Shown here: positions 47,753-57,206 of the stretch, piece after piece
Layout: the number at the start of each line of letters is the position of its first letter
How positions within the stretch are numbered: the stretch's first letter is position 1
Assembly (NCBI GenBank): GCA_020431705.1
Contig: JAGQHQ010000005.1
Coordinates: 1,028 to 65,027, forward strand
Length of the DNA stretch: 64,000 nucleotides
DNA from: Candidatus Babelota bacterium
GTDB taxonomy: Bacteria; Babelota; Babeliae; Babelales; Vermiphilaceae
Direction of reading: 5' to 3'
The notes under the pieces: model-generated
Databases searched by the model: none
What the model was told of the DNA's origin: nothing
The model's input: the letters and a program-made list of their open reading frames with translations, nothing else
Position numbers and translations under genes: made by a program

Positions 47753-48946
47753 ATGGAAATAAAAAAAATTATAGAGCAGTTGCGTATTGGTACATCAACT
47801 TTGTTACCGGAAGTTGATTTATATAAAAAACTAAAACGTGGTGGTCGGCTTAAAGTAAAACTAGGCATGGATCCGACAGCAGCAGATTTGCATTTAGGCC
47901 ATGCAGTTGTACTTTCAAAGATGAAACAACTACAGGACATGGGACATGAGATTATTTTTTTAATTGGTGATTATACTGCACGTATCGGGGATCCAACAGG
48001 TAAATCAAAAATGCGCCCGCCACTAACAGAGGCTGAAATTCAGCGCAACATGCAAACTTATTTTGAACAAATTAAAAAATTTTTAGATCCAGACAAAGTA
48101 ACGGTAAAATGTAATTCTGAGTGGCTTGATGCACTGAGCAGTAAAGAATTTGTTAGTTTATGTGCTAGGGTTACCGTGGCGCGTTTGATTGAGCGTGAAG
48201 ATTTTGCCAATCGTATTCAAGCGCAGCAAGCAATTGGATTTCATGAATTACTTTATCCCTTGTTGCAAGGGTATGATTCTGTTGTGCTTGAAGCTGATAT
48301 TGAATTGGGTGGTACTGATCAAACATTCAATTTGCTCATGGGTCGTTATTTGCAAGAGCAGTATGGGCAAGAACCTCAAATTATTATCACAACGCCTTTG
48401 CTGGAAGGGTTGGATGGTGTGCAAAAAATGTCTAAATCACTTGGTAATGCTATTGGATTAATTGAGCCAGCAGGCCAGGCGTTTGGGAAATTGATGTCGA
48501 TTAATGATGATTTGATGTGGCGCTATTTTGAACTGCTTTTATATAAAGATCATAGCTGGATGACGCAGGCAAAGTCGCGTGTTGCTGGCGGTACATTGCA
48601 TCCAATGGCTGCAAAAAAAGAAATGGCATATGAGATTATAGAGCGATTTTGGTCAAAAGAAGAAGCGGAATCTGCTCGTAAGCAATTTGAGGCATTGTTC
48701 CAGAAAAAAGATTATTCGCAAGCAAATGAAGTTAGTTTACCATCTAATGTTAAAAATCCATGTTGGATTATAGATTTACTTAAAGTACTTGATGCAGTCA
48801 AAAGTTCTTCTGAGGCAAAACGTTTAATTGAGTCGGGGGCTGTTATTATTGATGATAAATCTATGAAGGACTTTAGAAAAGAAATTAAGTGGAAAGCTGG
48901 TATGATTATCAAGGTTGGTAAACATCGTATCTATAAAATTTCATGA
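47753..48946 (+). CDS. tyrS: Tyrosyl-tRNA synthetase
   Basis: DPTAADLHLGH (HIGH), KMSKSLGN and a C-terminal S4-like domain (EAKRLIESGAVIIDD) are present. Confidence 0.93.
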   Translation: MEIKKIIEQLRIGTSTLLPEVDLYKKLKRGGRLKVKLGMDPTAADLHLGHAVVLSKMKQLQDMGHEIIFLIGDYTARIGDPTGKSKMRPPLTEAEIQRNMQTYFEQIKKFLDPDKVTVKCNSEWLDALSSKEFVSLCARVTVARLIEREDFANRIQAQQAIGFHELLYPLLQGYDSVVLEADIELGGTDQTFNLLMGRYLQEQYGQEPQIIITTPLLEGLDGVQKMSKSLGNAIGLIEPAGQAFGKLMSINDDLMWRYFELLLYKDHSWMTQAKSRVAGGTLHPMAAKKEMAYEIIERFWSKEEAESARKQFEALFQKKDYSQANEVSLPSNVKNPCWIIDLLKVLDAVKSSSEAKRLIESGAVIIDDKSMKDFRKEIKWKAGMIIKVGKHRIYKIS

Positions 48947-49567
48947 ATATAATACAAAATAATATGAGAGGTTTTTTATTAATAGATAAACCAACAAGTA
49001 TAACATCATTTAAGTGTGTTGCCAGATTGAAAATTTTCTACCAAAGAAAATAAAAATTGGCCATGCTGGTACGCTTGATTCATTTGCGACTGGTTTATTA
49101 ATCGTTGCTATAGATAGAAGTGCAACGCGGCATATTGATAAGCTGATGAGCTTAGATAAGATGTATATTGCGCAAGGCAAATTAGGTCAGCTGACAGATA
49201 CGCTTGATTTTACAGGTAAACTAATGGATGTGCCAAGGCCAAGTCGTGACGAAGCGACTGGTCAATATCATGTAAATAATGGTGTGACAAAGCACATGCT
49301 ACAAGATGCTATTACATCTTTTGGTGAAAGATATGTTCAAATACCACCTATTTATTCTGCACTTAAGTATAAAGGTTGGGCGCTTTCTGAGTTATTGCGT
49401 AAACAAAAAATATCCGATATTCGTGTTTTGATAAATGATATTGCAGAAAAAGTTGGTACCGTCGCTACCACGCAAGCATTACGGCGTCTTTCTATTGGCT
49501 AATTTTCTGTTGAGGATGCAGTATCACTTTATGATATTGAATCTTCTGAAGATATACAAAAAACTTG
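48943..49567 (+). pseudogene. truB: tRNA pseudouridine-55 synthase, degraded (two frame changes plus internal deletion)
   Basis: The ATG overlaps the tyrS stop. GFLLIDKPTSITSF..ARLK reads in frame 1, then KIGHAGTLDSFATGLL..PPIYSALKYKG in another frame (shift near 49029-49037). About 60 aa of the core are missing, and the tail FSVEDAVSLYDI is again out of frame. Confidence 0.75.
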
Positions 49568-49630
49568 ATTTCAATGTGTTTATTGCCGATGGTTGAAAAA
49601 GTGAAGTGATGTGGTACAGCTAATTTCTAA

Positions 49631-50090
49631 TAGGTCCTGTTGAGTTTTCATCTTAACCATAAAACTGCTCCAACAAATGATAAAAAAGCTTTGAAATTAC
49701 GAACTGACCATAAGCCCTGTAGGCTAAAACATACGATTGAGAAGTGTTTTTTAATAATTTTTCTGCTTGATTAACGTCGTTTGATTGTCCAGGTGTAACT
49801 AAAAATTTCAAAGGATTGCCCAGTGCATCAACTTTTGCATGAATTTTACTGGTGAATCCGCCAACACCTCTGTCTATTCCTTGTTCATTGCAAAATTTAA
49901 GTAATTCATTCCAAATACTTTTTTTACTCCATGAATCAAATCTTTTAAAAACTTAAAAATTTTGATCCATGCAAATTCACTGATATACTCTTTTTTCATG
50001 ATAGTACCGATTGATTTTTGTTGCTAAGCTAATTTTTTTCGGTGCTATCATACAAAAAGTTTCTGCTATTTTGAAAACTCAACAGAACCT
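49631..50090 (-). mobile_element. Internally deleted IS5-family element with terminal inverted repeats
   Basis: AGGTCCTGTTGAGTTTTCA (49631-49649) matches TGAAAACTCAACAGAACCT (50072-50090) as an inverted repeat (18/19). The minus strand reads MKKEYISEFAWIKIF... and ...GGFTSKIHAKVDALGNPLKFLVTPGQSNDVNQAEKLL (IS5 DDE region). Confidence 0.7.
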
Positions 50091-50293
50091 AGTATCTTTT
50101 TCATATATGTCCTCATTTTAAACAAACTCTACTTTGTTAACACTTTTAAAATTAGCCGGCTAAGTTATATCTCAATTTTTTATAAATGTATATACCATCA
50201 AAAATAACTATCAGACGTGCAAATAAAAAGTTTTAAAATAATAAAAACGCCATATAACAAAATAATGGTACTTTAAGGAAGCTAGATTATCCT

Positions 50294-51635
50294 TTAGGTT
50301 GCAACATTTTCTAATTGAGCTCCCACACTAAATTCTAGATCTATATATTCCAAGGAAGCTCGATAAGTAAGATCGAGCAATTTTACTTTTGATTGAAAAA
50401 GATCAATCTGAGTTTCAAGAAATACGATCATACTCATTTGCATCTTATCGAAAAATTCTTTGCTAAATTTAATTGCTTGCATAACAGGTGGCAATACATT
50501 ATGTCTATAGTGCTCAATTTGAGCTAGATATGAATTATAACGAGACAATTGATTAAATATATTCGCAAAAATCGTGCGTTGTTGTGCCAATAAATTCTTT
50601 TCAGCTTTATTGATTTCAGATTTCGCCCGCTCAACATTACCATAATTAGTATTAAATAATGGAATATTAATACCCAATGCTGGGCCCACACCAGAAACTT
50701 TTTTCTCAAAATCTCGCTCATATGAAATACCAACTTGTACATTATCAACAATACGTGATCTTTCATAACTAACTTCTGCGAGCTTTGGCAATTTTTGATT
50801 GCTCAATTAATATGTCTGGATGAAAAAGCATCGCATACCGTTCTAGCTCTTGCTGAGAAATAGAAACTGTTGGCATTACTATTGAATCAGTTAGACTAAT
50901 ATAGTCATTGTTGATGGGTACACCTAATAACTGATACAATTTTGTGTAAGATATTTGTAGAGCTACTTGCGTATCAATAATTTTTGCTTGCCATTCAGCA
51001 AGTTTGCTCAAAGAAAAATAATAATCAAGTTTTGTGTTATAGCCAAATTGATAACGATACTTAATATGATCTTTTATATTTTGTATTACTGTAGTTATTT
51101 TTTTTACTATTTCTAAATATTCTTGTTGATATTTACAGTTTAGATATGCATGTTGAACAGTCTTTCTCGTTGATAAAATAATACTCATTATTTCATGTGT
51201 CTTCATATCTAAGTTTCGTTGAGCTACCTTCTTCTTGAAAGGAACTTGCCATAGATCTGAAAGCATAAAATGAGCTGAAATTTCTACTTTAGTATGGGTA
51301 TCATTATTTTTAGTTGGTAGTTTAAATATAGATTCCACATGAGGATTAGTATAAAAACCTGCTTGAATAAGATCTGATTTACGAATACCAATTTCTTCAA
51401 AATGAGCTTGTAAAGTTGGATTATACTGTAATCCAATTGCGATTGCTTCCTGTAACGTTAGTTGTTTACTTTGAGGTAAAGTTGCATACGATACTGAAGG
51501 ATTCATCCATTCGGGAGCAATATTTATTCTCTTTTTCGATGCAGTTTTGATTGGATCAAATATTTTTTCATGTCGAAAACTTAAGCATTGTGGTAATAGC
51601 AGAATAAGACTTAAAATTGATAGTGATTTTTTCAT
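50294..51635 (-). pseudogene. TolC/CzcC-like outer-membrane efflux protein, split by a frameshift
   Basis: An N-terminal ORF (50769..51635, with a signal peptide) and a C-terminal ORF (50294..50806) overlap by 38 nt in different frames. Together they form one ~455-aa OEP-like protein. Confidence 0.7.
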
Positions 51636-52944
51636 AATCCTGTCCCCTTCTGGCTAGGATGCTCCCATCTTGTATGAGTATTTGTTGGAATGACATGAAG
51701 AAGCGTAAACATACCCCCATGTTCCATGTACCCCATTGGAACCTCAGCATGGGCATTCACAATATGATGAAGCTTATGACAATGTATTCACCATATACCA
51801 GCATTCCATGCAGTAAATTCTACATCACGGGTAGTACCAGCCGAAACGAGGATTGTAGAGCCTTTTGTTTGAGCTAATAATGGAACTGGCCCTCCTTCAG
51901 TTCCTACATGCGTCCAAATATATCCATGTAGATGAATTGGATGACTATCCATAATAACATTACTAAATCTAATACGAACACGATCGCCCTGTTTAACCGT
52001 TAAAACAGGAATGTTAGGAGCTGCTCGACCATTAAAAGTAAACCAATTAAAATCCATAGTAATTAGATTAACATAATCACTTCCCGGTAAGATTGCCCAT
52101 TGTTGAAGCATAATCACAAAATCTTTATCAATTTTTGTTTCATATGTTTTAGGATGAATAACAAAAGTTCCATTAAGCCCCATATGATCCTGACGCATCA
52201 CATTAAATCCAGAGTGATACATAACAGTACCAGATTGATAAAGAGTGAACTCATACGTGTATTCTTCTCCTGGCATAATAGGTTGGGCTGTTTCAGGAGC
52301 TGCACCATCTTGATTGTTAGGAAGCTCTATACCATGCCAATGTATAGATGTTGGTTCAGGGAGTTCATTTTTTACAATAATACGTACTCTGTCCCCTTCA
52401 GTTGCTTCAATTGTTGGACCAGGCGTTGTTCCATTATAACCCCAGCACTTAACTATTTGATATCGCGGAATATGATGCATCGAATGAGAAGCCTTGTTTT
52501 GTTCAGGTATAAGATGAGCTACCGTCGATTTTTTTCATCAACAATTAGATGCTCGATTGGCTGTGCAATGAGTCTAAAAATTTTAATATTACCATCAAGC
52601 TCATAGCCCAAAGGAGGTACACCAGGTGTTTCAACAACACCCATTTGTTTTCCCATTAATGATGGTGGTGCTGATATCTGCTCATTTTCTTTTTTCCAAG
52701 GGATTATATAATGATCGGAATGCTTTTTTGATTTTGTTTTTGGGGCAATAACAGTACTTTTTTGTTCTATACAAAAACTAGAAAAACTATCAGATAAAAG
52801 ACGATAATAAGAATTATTTTTATGAAAAGAATTAATTGTAGGTTTTGAAATGTGGCTTTCAAAAAAAGAATAAACAAAAAATGGAACACATAAAAAATAA
52901 AAAAAAGCGTAACCAAATAAATTATTTATCAAACTTAGCAACAT
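51632..52944 (-). pseudogene. Multicopper oxidase (CopA/laccase-like), interrupted by a frameshift in an A7 run and by an in-frame TGA
   Basis: SIHWHG, MDSHPIHLHG and, after the TGA at 51788-51790 in the same frame, IHCHKLHH..M are present. The N-terminal leader ORF (52519..52944) joins the core through a 1-nt shift at T7/A7 (52529-52535). The final stop overlaps the next ATG (ATGA). Confidence 0.75.
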
Positions 52945-53151
52945 TATTTATAACCTGTTTCTTTTACACAGAGCAAAAAATATCTTACAGAATTGTAGCG
53001 TTGCAAGGTTTCAATACATGTTGCAAGAGTTTAATAGATAAAAATAAACAGACGAATAACATATTTTTAATAAAACTCTTGTGTTCTCACTCACATGATA
53101 TATTACTCTTTCAAATAAGATAAATAACAAAACAATTATATTGAGCTGAGT

Positions 53152-54501
53152 ATGAAGCACGCAAAAAAAGCTATTGTTGTTTTAGCTATTCTAGCCTTTT
53201 TGATTTATTCACGCTTATCAATCTCCATGGATGGCTGGCGTAGATACACGAATCCCATTACTCAACAGGCAAAAAATCTTTGGATGCAAATGAGACAGCT
53301 TGCAAAACTAAAAGAAACACCAGTAACGACTACTATAGGAAAAAGCACAGCAGTATTCCAATCTATTTTCGACTCAAAAAAAGATATATACACATTTTTA
53401 GAAAAACTAAACATTGAAAAAGTAAATGCAATAATCACTATACTACTAGAAGACTTTAAAATTTTTAAAGAACTTACCTTTCAAACACCCCTTACTCCGG
53501 AATGCAAAAAAATACTAGAAAAATACAAATTAGAAACAACAGAACATCAATACATTAAATCATTGTGTGGAAAATCCAATTATATCGAATCTCTAGAAAG
53601 ATTCGGATTTGTAATATATACTTTCGAGATCTTATTGAACGATAAAAACATTTTAGAAAAAATAGCCTATCTGGCAAAACAGCTCTCTATTTTAATTGAT
53701 AACACAAAGAATGTAACTAATATCATCTCTCGTTTTTCAAGTAAAGAAATAGAAAACTCAATCAAAGAACTTAATCACAACATGAGCAAATGCTTCAAAA
53801 AAATAAGCTCTGGTACAAGTGCTTTAATTAAAATGAGTGGATTACAAAATATTGAACCAGCTATAGAAATCATGATTAAACAACAAGTTCACACCGATTT
53901 ATCGCAATCAGAACAACAAACAGTTATACAAAAAGCAAAACAAGCTCTCCAGCTCGTCAAAACACTGCCCGATAAATTTAAAGGTATACAAAATATTCAC
54001 GCACTTCTTTCTTCAAAAAAGCTTTCTGATCCAATAAGAAATACCAATACAGCATTTATTATATTCGACCGCGTGCTCGATAATATAGCAAAAGACTGGA
54101 AACAAATTAGCCTAGGAACTAATGAAAGTAACCCATTAGTCAAACAAATTCAATATAGTCTATCACAAAATACAACAAAAAAAGGTCTTATTAATGTATT
54201 ATCTAATATACAAACAATTCTTGAGTTCACTAGAAGCACCCTCTTCAACACAGCCATCCTTGTTACCTTACTTTCTACCATAATAGAAAATTTAAATCCG
54301 CTAATAAAAACAGTGAATGATGAAGTAGTACAACGATTATTAGAACCTTCAATAGTACAACAACTCGAAAAGACTCAAACAACTCTATTATCTATCGCTA
54401 AAAGTCTCTCCGATCTATCTTTCAATATAGTAAACGATAAACTTGTAATCGATTATATAAAAAAATCAAAAAAGCAAATTAAGAACCTATCCCAAAATTA
54501 A
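53152..54501 (+). CDS. Hypothetical membrane-anchored helical protein
   Basis: 449 aa with an N-terminal TM segment (AIVVLAILAFLIY). No domain recognised. The last 7 codons and the stop lie inside an IS-derived repeat that begins at 54481. Confidence 0.5.
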   Translation: MKHAKKAIVVLAILAFLIYSRLSISMDGWRRYTNPITQQAKNLWMQMRQLAKLKETPVTTTIGKSTAVFQSIFDSKKDIYTFLEKLNIEKVNAIITILLEDFKIFKELTFQTPLTPECKKILEKYKLETTEHQYIKSLCGKSNYIESLERFGFVIYTFEILLNDKNILEKIAYLAKQLSILIDNTKNVTNIISRFSSKEIENSIKELNHNMSKCFKKISSGTSALIKMSGLQNIEPAIEIMIKQQVHTDLSQSEQQTVIQKAKQALQLVKTLPDKFKGIQNIHALLSSKKLSDPIRNTNTAFIIFDRVLDNIAKDWKQISLGTNESNPLVKQIQYSLSQNTTKKGLINVLSNIQTILEFTRSTLFNTAILVTLLSTIIENLNPLIKTVNDEVVQRLLEPSIVQQLEKTQTTLLSIAKSLSDLSFNIVNDKLVIDYIKKSKKQIKNLSQN

Positions 54502-54720
54502 AATCTTGAAATAGTTTTGTAAAAAGAGGAAAATCTCGCTGATAAAAAAATGTTAAAAATTCATCAAAAAACGAGACTTTCCATAACTTTTATATAAAAA
54601 TTTTGAAAAAATACCAAAGAAAAAATTGTGAAATGATGAAGTGGATAGCAATTGATGGATCAGTTTTCAAAGCGTTGCTGAAAGGAAAAAACGTTGGTCC
54701 AATTTTAAAAAATTGCTTTA
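54481..54720. mobile_element. Composite of IS fragments (IS982-like and IS5-like pieces)
   Basis: Positions 54481-54565 match 41225-41308, with a few mismatches by eye. Positions 54585-54634 are the reverse complement of 20208-20257 (50/50). Positions 54634-54720 read MMKWIAIDGSVFKALLKGKNVGP (IS5-like). Confidence 0.5.
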
Positions 54721-54816
54721 TTTATCTTGCGCAGAACACCCCATAGGTTTTAAACTTTGGTATGAATGCGCCAAATCATTGGCTCGAAAGCCACACGGCT
54801 TAAAATCGATGTTACT

Positions 54817-56541
54817 TTACTTTTCTTTACTAATTAATGCTTTATTTTTTGCTGCTTTTCTTTTGAGTTGTCTTATTTTTGATTCTTTGCCTGTTGTTTT
54901 TGAAGTACTTATCAATTTCTTATTATTTTTTTTATATTGTTTTTTCTTAGCTGTTGCCCTTTGTGCCTTTTTTATTATTTTTTCTGCTGATTTTTCTACT
55001 GCTGCGGCATTTTCTAGTGCTATTTCTTTTGCTTTTATTGCTTTTGCTTCGGCTTCTTTTGTTTCTTCTGATTCTTTTTTTAGTGCTATTGCTTTTGCTT
55101 TTGCTTCTTTTTTTACGGCTTCTAATAATGCTCTCGTTGCTGCATTTTCTATTACTTTTGCTTTTTTTGCTGCTGCTAATAATAACATTGCTTCTGCTGC
55201 TTTTTTTACTTCTGCTGCTGTTTTTGCATATGCTGTTTTTTTTCCATACGCTGTTTTTGCTTCTGCTGCTTTTTTTCTATATTCTTTTGCTTTTTTTATT
55301 GCTTCTGTATATACTTTTTTGTTGAAACGCATCATAACTTTATATCTCATTCTTATGCTAAATAAAAGATATTTACATTCTTTTTCTTCTCTTGAATCAC
55401 CATCTGTATTCTTTTTTTCTTCATTTACTTTTTTGCTCGAATCACTACTTACGACGCTTGAATAAACACTATTTAGATTCTCTTTTTTTTCATTTACTTC
55501 TTTTTCTACTACGTTGTTTTCTTTAGCCGCTGCTGCTTTTTGAATTTTTTCAACTTCAGAACGTACATCTTCGTGCCAAGCTGTGATGCAATTATACTTT
55601 TGATCTTTAATATTTGTAACCGCTTGGATTAAAGTATCAAGATTGCTACTTTGTTTTGTTATTTTTTTTCTGTTTTTATTTACTGGGATTGTTGCGTCTT
55701 TTTTTTTTGCTTTTATAATACGCAGCATGCCATTCATATCGAACTCTATTGTCATTATGGCATCTGTATTTTGGGTGTTAAAAAAGAAAAAAGGATAAAG
55801 CGCAGAATTTTGTTCTTTATTTTGTTCTTCTTGCTCAGCAATTTTTTTTTCATAGAAATTATATAGAGCAATCAAATTATATAAATAATTCTTTATGATT
55901 AAGTAGTTTTCAGCTTGATCTTTTATTGTATTACTTCTTATTATTTTAGAAAAAAGCCAAGGTAAAAAGGTTTTGTTTTTTCTATCGCTAATAATTTTTA
56001 TACTATTTTTAAATTTATCATTAATTCCTTTAATCGCATTTGTACTTTGATCATAAATACACTTATTATTATCTTTACTTAAATTAAACAAAGAGCCACC
56101 AGCATTAATATCTTTGATATATTCTGTTGCATTTACTTTAAAATTTATATGATATCCTGCATTGGTACCACCCATACTTTTTGTTACTAAATCATTAAAT
56201 TTTTTTTCTTTTTTGATCTTACAAAAATGGTTTGGCTTGACCCATGCTAATAAACCAAGACCCAAAAATACTGCTGTTGCTGCGCCACATATTTTAGCTT
56301 GCACACTCAATTCTGTTGGAATAGCATGTATGCCTGCTAAGTTCTTTTTAAGAAGATATCCGCCGCCTGCTACAAGACCTGATCCCAATACGGCTTTAGC
56401 GACTTGAGTAAAAGGCTTTGATGGTGTTATAGAAAATTCTTCTCGAAAGGCTTTTTCTACAGGTGTATATTCATGTTTCATGGCCACAAGGCTGTGAGAA
56501 ATAGCAAGTGTTAATAATATAAATAATAATTTTTTAGACAT
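54817..56541 (-). CDS. Exported protein with bilobed hydrophobic N-terminal module and ~160-aa Lys/Ala/Glu-rich C-terminal tail
   Basis: The signal peptide is MSKKLLFILLTLAISHSLVA. There are two hydrophobic lobes (AKAVLGSGLVAGGGYLL and ICGAATAVFLGLGLLAWV). The tail reads KKAAEAKTAYGKKTAYAKTAAEVKKAAEA...KAKAIALKK...KRKAAKNKALISKEK. A truncated paralogue lies next door. Confidence 0.6.
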   Translation of the reverse strand: MSKKLLFILLTLAISHSLVAMKHEYTPVEKAFREEFSITPSKPFTQVAKAVLGSGLVAGGGYLLKKNLAGIHAIPTELSVQAKICGAATAVFLGLGLLAWVKPNHFCKIKKEKKFNDLVTKSMGGTNAGYHINFKVNATEYIKDINAGGSLFNLSKDNNKCIYDQSTNAIKGINDKFKNSIKIISDRKNKTFLPWLFSKIIRSNTIKDQAENYLIIKNYLYNLIALYNFYEKKIAEQEEQNKEQNSALYPFFFFNTQNTDAIMTIEFDMNGMLRIIKAKKKDATIPVNKNRKKITKQSSNLDTLIQAVTNIKDQKYNCITAWHEDVRSEVEKIQKAAAAKENNVVEKEVNEKKENLNSVYSSVVSSDSSKKVNEEKKNTDGDSREEKECKYLLFSIRMRYKVMMRFNKKVYTEAIKKAKEYRKKAAEAKTAYGKKTAYAKTAAEVKKAAEAMLLLAAAKKAKVIENAATRALLEAVKKEAKAKAIALKKESEETKEAEAKAIKAKEIALENAAAVEKSAEKIIKKAQRATAKKKQYKKNNKKLISTSKTTGKESKIRQLKRKAAKNKALISKEK

Positions 56542-56555
56542 GAAGAATATTATCC

Positions 56556-57206
56556 TTAATCTGTAGGGCCACCATTGTATATATTGTTTTTGTTATGATT
56601 ATTTATTTTCAATTTTTTGCCTATTGTTTCTGAAGTATCTATCGATCCATTATTTTTTTTATCTTGTTTGAATTTTTTACTTATAGAATGAATATCTTTA
56701 TGTAAATTCTCGATCGTGTTGTATATTTTAGTGATATCAAAATTTTTAATAAGAAAATCAATAAAATCATTTTTTTGCGTTGTTTCTTTTGGAAGTTTTA
56801 TTTTTACGTTAAATGTTCCATCCATATTAAATTGTATTGTAATGTTAACCTTAATTTCTTCGCCTATGTAGACAATTGCATCATCCGTGGTGAGATATGA
56901 GCGTCTGTTGCTTGAATTAAGATAATCTATATAAAATAGAACATTTAGTTCATTCCCCCCTTTTTTTTATAGAAACTATAAACACCAAAATATTTAATTT
57001 TGTCCTTTTTTAGAGAAGTATTTGCTTTAACAGTTTTTCTTATTTTTAAAAACAACCAAGATAGAAATGTTTTATTTTTTTTATTATTAATGTCTGTTAC
57101 TTGATTGTTAATCCTATTATTTAATATTGGAATGTTGTTATTTAAATTAAAACAGAAATATTTAAATCCATCCGTTTGAAAGTTATCAACTTTATTTCCG
57201 TGACCA
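56556..57206 (-). pseudogene. 5'-truncated, frameshifted tandem paralogue of 54817..56541
   Basis: NKKNKTFLSWLFLKI matches DRKNKTFLPWLFSKI in the intact gene. ITIQFNMDGTFNVKIKLPKE matches MTIEFDMNGMLRIIKAKKKD. There are stops and frame changes near 56930-56960. Homology ends at about 57206, where the IS200-like element begins. Confidence 0.6.

Noticed and set aside
51788-51790. The idea that TGA is a sense codon genome-wide (code 4/25-like).
   Set aside because: TGA terminates nfo (4454-4456) and tyrS (48944-48946) at positions consistent with normal protein lengths. No other conserved gene in the window needs TGA read-through.
52100-52606. A plus-strand 168-aa ORF, and 51659..51877.
   Set aside because: Both are antisense shadows of the multicopper-oxidase reading frames.
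54713-55465. A 250-aa plus-strand ORF (and the nested 54954..55325 ORF) rich in Phe/Ala/Ser/Leu.
   Set aside because: It is the antisense shadow of the T-poor Lys/Ala/Glu-coding tail of 54817..56541. The minus-strand gene has a signal peptide, a paralogue and normal complexity upstream. The plus-strand ORFs are pure low complexity with no plausible start context.
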